Source: Abditibacterium sp. (GTDB taxonomy: Bacteria; Armatimonadota; Abditibacteriia; Abditibacteriales; Abditibacteriaceae). From it: a DNA stretch of 64,000 bases. Positions 59,378 to 64,000 of this stretch are shown piece after piece; positions within the stretch are counted from its first letter, which is position 1, and every line of letters starts with the position of its first letter. A program made the translations under genes and the position numbers. The DNA is taken from NCBI GenBank assembly GCA_965246885.1, contig OZ251992.1:768001-832000 (forward strand), read 5' to 3'. The notes below the pieces were generated by a model that did no database searches, was not told the DNA's origin, and saw only the letters and a program-made list of their open reading frames with translations.

Positions 59378-59448
59378 AAGAACCCAGAGCGTAAGCGACA
59401 GGCACGCACAAGTGTTTAGCGTGCCCGTCGCTTACGCTCTGGGTTCTT
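59378..59448. repeat. REP-like 30-bp inverted repeat between ybaB and recR
   Basis: aagaacccagagcgtaagcgacaggcacgc / gcgtgcccgtcgcttacgctctgggttctt with one mismatch. Confidence 0.8.
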
Positions 59449-59773
59449 AGAAAATGCCCTTGGGAAGGGAACCCATCAGGCCTGCGGGCATGGCGGCGTT
59501 CATTTTGTCGGTCTTGTGCTTTTCGGCTTTGTCGGCGGCTTCGCGCAGGGCCGAGACGACGAGGTCTTGCAGCATCTCGATGTCGGAGGGGTCAACGATT
59601 TCGGGGGCGAGCTTGATGTCGAGGATTTCGCCTTTGCCGTTGGTCGAGATTTTGACCATGCCGCCGCCGGAGGAGGTTTCGAGGCGGGTGTTTTCGAGTT
59701 CTTCTTGGGCACGCGCCATGTCTTCTTGCATCTTTTGAACTTGCTTTTGTAAGCCGGGAATGTTGGGTAGCAT
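59447..59773 (-). CDS. ybaB: YbaB/EbfC nucleoid-associated protein
   Basis: QKMQ..M..AQEEL, SGGGMVK, DIEMLQDLV; directly upstream of recR. Confidence 0.95.
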   Translation of the reverse strand: MLPNIPGLQKQVQKMQEDMARAQEELENTRLETSSGGGMVKISTNGKGEILDIKLAPEIVDPSDIEMLQDLVVSALREAADKAEKHKTDKMNAAMPAGLMGSLPKGIF

Positions 59774-59845
59774 TGATGTTCCTTGGAAACGCGCCCAGTT
59801 TAACTACGCGCGGCGCAAAGGCCCAAACTAAGGAGTAGATTTCTT

Positions 59846-61180
59846 ATGGCTCATTTCCGCTACGAAGGGTTCGACCAACTGGGCAAAGCGCGGCGCGGCA
59901 CCGTTGAGGCGGGCGACCAGAACTCCGCACTCGTCGGCATCCGCTCGCAAGGCGTCAACCCCACGCGCGTCGAACCCATCGCCGCGCCCGTTCCGCGTCC
60001 CCGCCCGCAAGTCGCGCCCTTCGCCCCGCCCCCCGAAGTCGAAGCGCCCTTGCCCGAAGCGCCGCAACGCTTTATTCCCGGCACGTCCGGCTCGCGGCCC
60101 AACCCCGGCACGAGCGCTTCAGCCATGCTCCCGCGCCAGCCGCTTTTGCGCTGCAACTCCCGCGACATGGCGCTTTTCTACCGCAACATGGCTTCGCTTA
60201 TCAACGCTGGAACCGGCATCGGTGCAGCCTTGAAATCTATGTCAACGGCGGCGTCCAACGGCGCGCTGCGCCGCGCGTGCGCGCAAATGGCGGAGCGCTC
60301 CATGACCGGCACGCCGATGAGCGACATGATGCCCGCCTTCCCCGGCGTCTTTTCGCCGTTGCAAAATGGCATCGTCGCGGCAGGCGAGCGCGGCGGCCTC
60401 CTTGTCGCCGCGTTTGAGCGACTTGCTAACTATTGCGAGCGCGATCACGAACTGCGGACGATGGTGATAGGCCAACTGGCTCATCCCGGAATCGTTGCCA
60501 TCGCTGCGCTTTTTATTCCCTCCATCGTCACCCTCGTGCTGCTGGGCGGGCACGCTTGGGCGGTGGGCATGGTGCCGGTCATCGAACGCATCGTGGCCTT
60601 CATTCTGCTGCTCGTTGTGTGGCACTACGCTAAGCCTTTCGTTCCCTCTGAGAATCCCGTTAAGGCGGTGTGGGATCGGGTGCGCCTTCAAATTCCTGTC
60701 TTCGGGCGGGTCGTGCGTAGCTTGGCCACCGCCAAGTTTTGCCGTTCGTATGGCGCGCTTTATAGTGCGGGCGTTGGCCCCGGCGAAGCAATTCGGCTTT
60801 CGGCGGTGGCGTGTGGAAATATGGCTATCGGCACGGACTCGGTAGCGCAAATTTCCAACATTGAAAAAGGAAGTTCGCTCACTCAAGCACTGCGTTCAAC
60901 CAACCACTTCCCGCCATTGTCTTTGCAGATGATGCAAATCGGCGAGCAGACGGGCGACATTGACACCTCAATGGACAAAGTCGCTGATTTCTTGGAGCAG
61001 GACGCCGAATCTGCCATCCGCAGAGCTATTCCCTTGATAGGCATTTTGATGCTCCTGTTTGTGGCTTACTTCCTTGTGCTGCCGCAATTGAAGCAGATGG
61101 TCGAGTTCATCAGCAAAATCTACGACAACGCCGCTGACCCTGATGGTTCGTCAACGACCCCAACTTTTGGCGCACAGTAA
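59846..61180 (+). CDS. Type II secretion system F / PilC family inner-membrane platform protein
   Basis: FRYEG.D..GK..RG.VEA, ASLINAG, AGERGG.L, IPVFG, IGEQTGDID; SD aaggag. Confidence 0.9.
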   Translation: MAHFRYEGFDQLGKARRGTVEAGDQNSALVGIRSQGVNPTRVEPIAAPVPRPRPQVAPFAPPPEVEAPLPEAPQRFIPGTSGSRPNPGTSASAMLPRQPLLRCNSRDMALFYRNMASLINAGTGIGAALKSMSTAASNGALRRACAQMAERSMTGTPMSDMMPAFPGVFSPLQNGIVAAGERGGLLVAAFERLANYCERDHELRTMVIGQLAHPGIVAIAALFIPSIVTLVLLGGHAWAVGMVPVIERIVAFILLLVVWHYAKPFVPSENPVKAVWDRVRLQIPVFGRVVRSLATAKFCRSYGALYSAGVGPGEAIRLSAVACGNMAIGTDSVAQISNIEKGSSLTQALRSTNHFPPLSLQMMQIGEQTGDIDTSMDKVADFLEQDAESAIRRAIPLIGILMLLFVAYFLVLPQLKQMVEFISKIYDNAADPDGSSTTPTFGAQ

Positions 61181-61972
61181 ATGAGCAACGACGACCCATA
61201 CTTCGTTTTAGGCGTGGCGCGCACCTGTTCCGGGGAGGAACTCAAGCTCGCTTACCGCAAGTTGGCGCGCGAGAACCACCCCGACATGGCGCGCGACAAA
61301 GGGGCCGCCACCATCCGTATGACGCGCATCAATGCGGCGTGGGCGCTGGTCGGCGACCCACAAAAACGCTCCGCGTTCGATGCGCGCTGGCGTTTGGACG
61401 AACTCGACCGCGCCCGCCGCGCCGAGCCAATCCGCGCCGCCAGCGTTCCCAAACCCCCTGCGCCGCCCCCATCCACCCCAACTAAAACCGCCCCGCCGCC
61501 GCGACCGCCCAAAGCCGAAGCGCCCCCGCCCGCACCCCCCCAAACCAAATCGAAAGCCGCCCCGCGCCGCCCCGCGTCGGTTTCGACCGGTGCCGCCCGC
61601 CACGCGCGCTTGGCCGAAGCCTCCCGCCTCCTCTTCAAACAGAACAAGCCCAACGAGGCGCTCGACGTGTGCAAGTCCATCCTCAAAAGCGACTTCCGCA
61701 ACATCCCCGCGCGCGAACTGATGGGCGAAGCCTACCTGCGCTTGGGCCAAACCGACCGCGCCCTCGCCGTCTGGGAGCAAGCCCTCGTGCTCGCGCCCGC
61801 CAACATTACCCTGCGCCGTCGCTGGCTCAGCCTCATGACCCCCGAAACCCGCGCCGTTTACGAGCAAAGGGTCGCCTTGCCCAAGTCCGCTCCCGTTGCC
61901 ACTAACCTGCCGCGCCCCAAAACTTCGCCCAGTCTCCTCTCGCGGCTGGTGGGGAAACTCAAGCGGCGTTAG
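61181..61972 (+). CDS. J-domain protein with Pro-rich linker and TPR
   Basis: DPYFVLGV, AYRKLARENHPD, INAAW; C-terminal TPR (MGEAYLRLGQTDRA). Confidence 0.88.
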   Translation: MSNDDPYFVLGVARTCSGEELKLAYRKLARENHPDMARDKGAATIRMTRINAAWALVGDPQKRSAFDARWRLDELDRARRAEPIRAASVPKPPAPPPSTPTKTAPPPRPPKAEAPPPAPPQTKSKAAPRRPASVSTGAARHARLAEASRLLFKQNKPNEALDVCKSILKSDFRNIPARELMGEAYLRLGQTDRALAVWEQALVLAPANITLRRRWLSLMTPETRAVYEQRVALPKSAPVATNLPRPKTSPSLLSRLVGKLKRR

Positions 61973-62002
61973 GGCGTGGAACGCCGCACCATACTCTAAC
62001 CA

Positions 62003-62908
62003 ATGTTCCCCCTGTCCATCTTCGCCCGCAAAAAGGCCGACAAAATCCCGCTTGCAATGGTCGCCCTTTCCGACGCGCCGTCCGCTCAAATCGCGTGCGA
62101 CGCGGGGCTGGACGCCCTGCTTGTGGGCGATTCTTTGGGCAATACCGCGCTTGGTTTCGATTCCACTCTCCCCGTCACGATGGACATGATGGCGCACCAT
62201 CTCGCCGCCGTCGTGCGCGGCGTCAAAGCCTCCGCGCGCCCCGACACGCCCATCATCGCCGATATGCCCTTCGGCTCCTATGCGACGGTGGATAAGGGCG
62301 TCGAAAACGCGGTGCGCTTGATGCAAGGGGGCGCGCACGGCGTGAAAATTGAATCACCGCCTCTGTCTCTCACACACTCTATGTTGTTGCCTTTGTATGC
62401 TGCTCTGCGCTCGACGGGCGTTCCGGTGATGGGGCATATTGGCTTCACGCCACAATCGCAACTCGCTCTGGGCGGCGTCGTGCAAGGCAAAACGGCGGAC
62501 GAGGCTCTCTCCCTGCTCACCCAAGCCAAGTTCGTGTCGGCATCGGGATGTTTCGCCGTTGTCTTGGAAGCCACCACCGAGGAAGTGGCGAGCAAGATCA
62601 CCGACTGGCTTCCCTGCGCTACCATCGGCATCGGCGCCGGTAACGGTTGCGATGGGCAGGTGTTGGTGTGGCACGACTTAGTGGGCATTTCGGCACGGAC
62701 TTTGAAGATGGCCAAAGCCTACACTGACACGCGGCAAAATTGGCTGGATGCTCTGGCCCAATACAAGCGCGAAGTCGAGGGCAAAGCGTTCCCCACCACC
62801 GACAACAGTTGGCACATGGCGCCCGACGAGCGGGAACAGTTTGTGCAACTGCTGGAAGGTGAATGGGAAAAGGATTTCGGAGCTTCCGACCCCTTCGCCA
62901 ATGACTGA
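62003..62908 (+). CDS. panB: 3-methyl-2-oxobutanoate hydroxymethyltransferase
   Basis: LVGDSLG, ADMPFGSY, VKIE, MGHIG, IGIGAG..CDGQVLV.HD. Confidence 0.95.
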   Translation: MFPLSIFARKKADKIPLAMVALSDAPSAQIACDAGLDALLVGDSLGNTALGFDSTLPVTMDMMAHHLAAVVRGVKASARPDTPIIADMPFGSYATVDKGVENAVRLMQGGAHGVKIESPPLSLTHSMLLPLYAALRSTGVPVMGHIGFTPQSQLALGGVVQGKTADEALSLLTQAKFVSASGCFAVVLEATTEEVASKITDWLPCATIGIGAGNGCDGQVLVWHDLVGISARTLKMAKAYTDTRQNWLDALAQYKREVEGKAFPTTDNSWHMAPDEREQFVQLLEGEWEKDFGASDPFAND

Positions 62909-63767
62909 ACTCCCCATGCACCTCTTCTCCGACCCGCGCGCGATGCAGCGCCAGTGCGCCGCTTGGCATTGCCAGAGCCAAACGATTGGTTTCGGGCCGA
63001 CAATGGGCGCGCTTCATGCCGGACATTTGGCGCTGGCCCGCCGCGCCAAGGCGGAAAATGATCGGCTGGTGGCGTCCATCTTCGTCAATCCCGCACAGTT
63101 CGGCCCGCACGAGGACTTGAATCGCTACCCGCACCCGTTCGAGCGTGACTGCGAACTGTTGCGCGAGGCCGGTTGCGACGCCATCTTCGCGCCGACCAAG
63201 GAAGCGATGTATGGCGACACCGACTTCCGGCACGGCACGTGGGTGGACGTGACGCCCTTCGATGAGATGTGGGAAGGCGTGACGCGCCCCGGCCATCTGC
63301 GCGGCGTGGCGACGGTCGTGACCAAGCTGTTCAACATCTGCGCCCCGACGCGCGCTTATTTTGGTGAGAAAGATTTTCAACAGCTACGCGTCGTGCAAGC
63401 GCTCGTGCACGACCTCAATTTCCCAACCGAAGTCGTGCCGTGCGAGACTATTCGTGAAGCCGACGGCTTGGCGCTGAGCAGTCGCAATGCATATCTTTCG
63501 CCCGACGAGCGGCAAAGCGCGGCGGTGATTTTCCGGGCAATGCAAGCCGGGAAGCAACTGGCCGGGGTCGGCGAGAAATCCGTCGCCCGCATCGGCGAGG
63601 AGATTGGCCGCGTGTTGCAAAGCGAGCCGGAACTCAAGCCGCAATACGTGGCAGTTGTGGACGCCGACAGGCTCGCGCCCTTGCGCGAACTGACCGGCAC
63701 CCCCGCGCGCATCCTGTTTGCGGGACACTTGGGCAAAACGAGGTTAATTGACAACTTAGCGCTGTAG
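62901..63767 (+). CDS. panC: Pantoate--beta-alanine ligase
   Basis: PTMGALHAGH, SIFVNPAQF, RPGH, FGEKDFQQ, DGLALSSRN, RLIDN. Confidence 0.97.
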   Translation: MTELPMHLFSDPRAMQRQCAAWHCQSQTIGFGPTMGALHAGHLALARRAKAENDRLVASIFVNPAQFGPHEDLNRYPHPFERDCELLREAGCDAIFAPTKEAMYGDTDFRHGTWVDVTPFDEMWEGVTRPGHLRGVATVVTKLFNICAPTRAYFGEKDFQQLRVVQALVHDLNFPTEVVPCETIREADGLALSSRNAYLSPDERQSAAVIFRAMQAGKQLAGVGEKSVARIGEEIGRVLQSEPELKPQYVAVVDADRLAPLRELTGTPARILFAGHLGKTRLIDNLAL

Positions 63768-63789
63768 TTCTGCGATTCCCGCAACCCGG

Positions 63790-63936
63790 CGGACGATTCG
63801 CGTGCGCGCGCGGACGGAAGAATTAGGTGCGCGGACGAAATAACTGGTTGCGCCGACGAAAGAATTAGGCGCGCGGACGGTTCGCCGGTGTGGGCGGATG
63901 CTCCGCCGATGACGGCGGACGAGAAAACTACCTCTG
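63790..63936. repeat. Intergenic 21-nt-period array (7 units) with a conserved CGGACG anchor
   Basis: cggacg/ccgacg/cggatg at 63790, 63811, 63832, 63853, 63874, 63895 and 63916; units contain gaagaattagg. Confidence 0.85.
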
Positions 63937-63964
63937 TCATCGCGTCGCCGACGCCCCTCTCGCC

Positions 63965-64000
63965 ATGAAAACCGCCTTTTTTACTTCGCCCCGCTTCGGT
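63965..64000 (+). CDS. Probable start of the next gene (MKTAFFTSPRFG...), truncated by the window end
   Basis: ATG with an open frame to the window edge. Confidence 0.35.
   Translation, partial: MKTAFFTSPRFG

Overview
High-GC bacterial chromosome segment with about 60 genes. The DUF1559/H-X9-DG prepilin, futalosine-pathway mqnA, Uma2 protein and many secreted orphan proteins suggest an Armatimonadota (Abditibacterium-like) genome; this is inference only. Recognisable housekeeping genes: pfkA (5'-truncated), ychF, mqnA, ppk2, smc, nfi, serA, ribE/ribBA/ribH, argS, a phosphohexomutase, pdxS, recR, ybaB, panB and panC. Also present: a prkA-yeaH-spoVR operon with a fourth gene, CpxRA-like and NarXL-like two-component pairs, a Wzb/Wza/Wzc/Wzy-like polysaccharide cluster, and clusters of secreted unknown proteins. 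I saw no rRNA, tRNA, transposase, integrase or CRISPR-Cas. Most notable unexplained signals: (1) a dispersed family of intergenic arrays with a 21-nt period and palindromic cores at five loci; (2) three paralogous secreted proteins, two in a tandem duplication that includes a copy of the pfkA 3' end; (3) a shared 5' hairpin directly before several start codons, plus widespread leaderless-type promoters; (4) a PhyH-fold Fe/2OG enzyme with a halogenase-like H-x-G motif; (5) an unlisted 38-aa membrane microprotein; (6) a DFD-motif membrane Ser/Thr kinase. Start sites were refined by eye and no searches were run.
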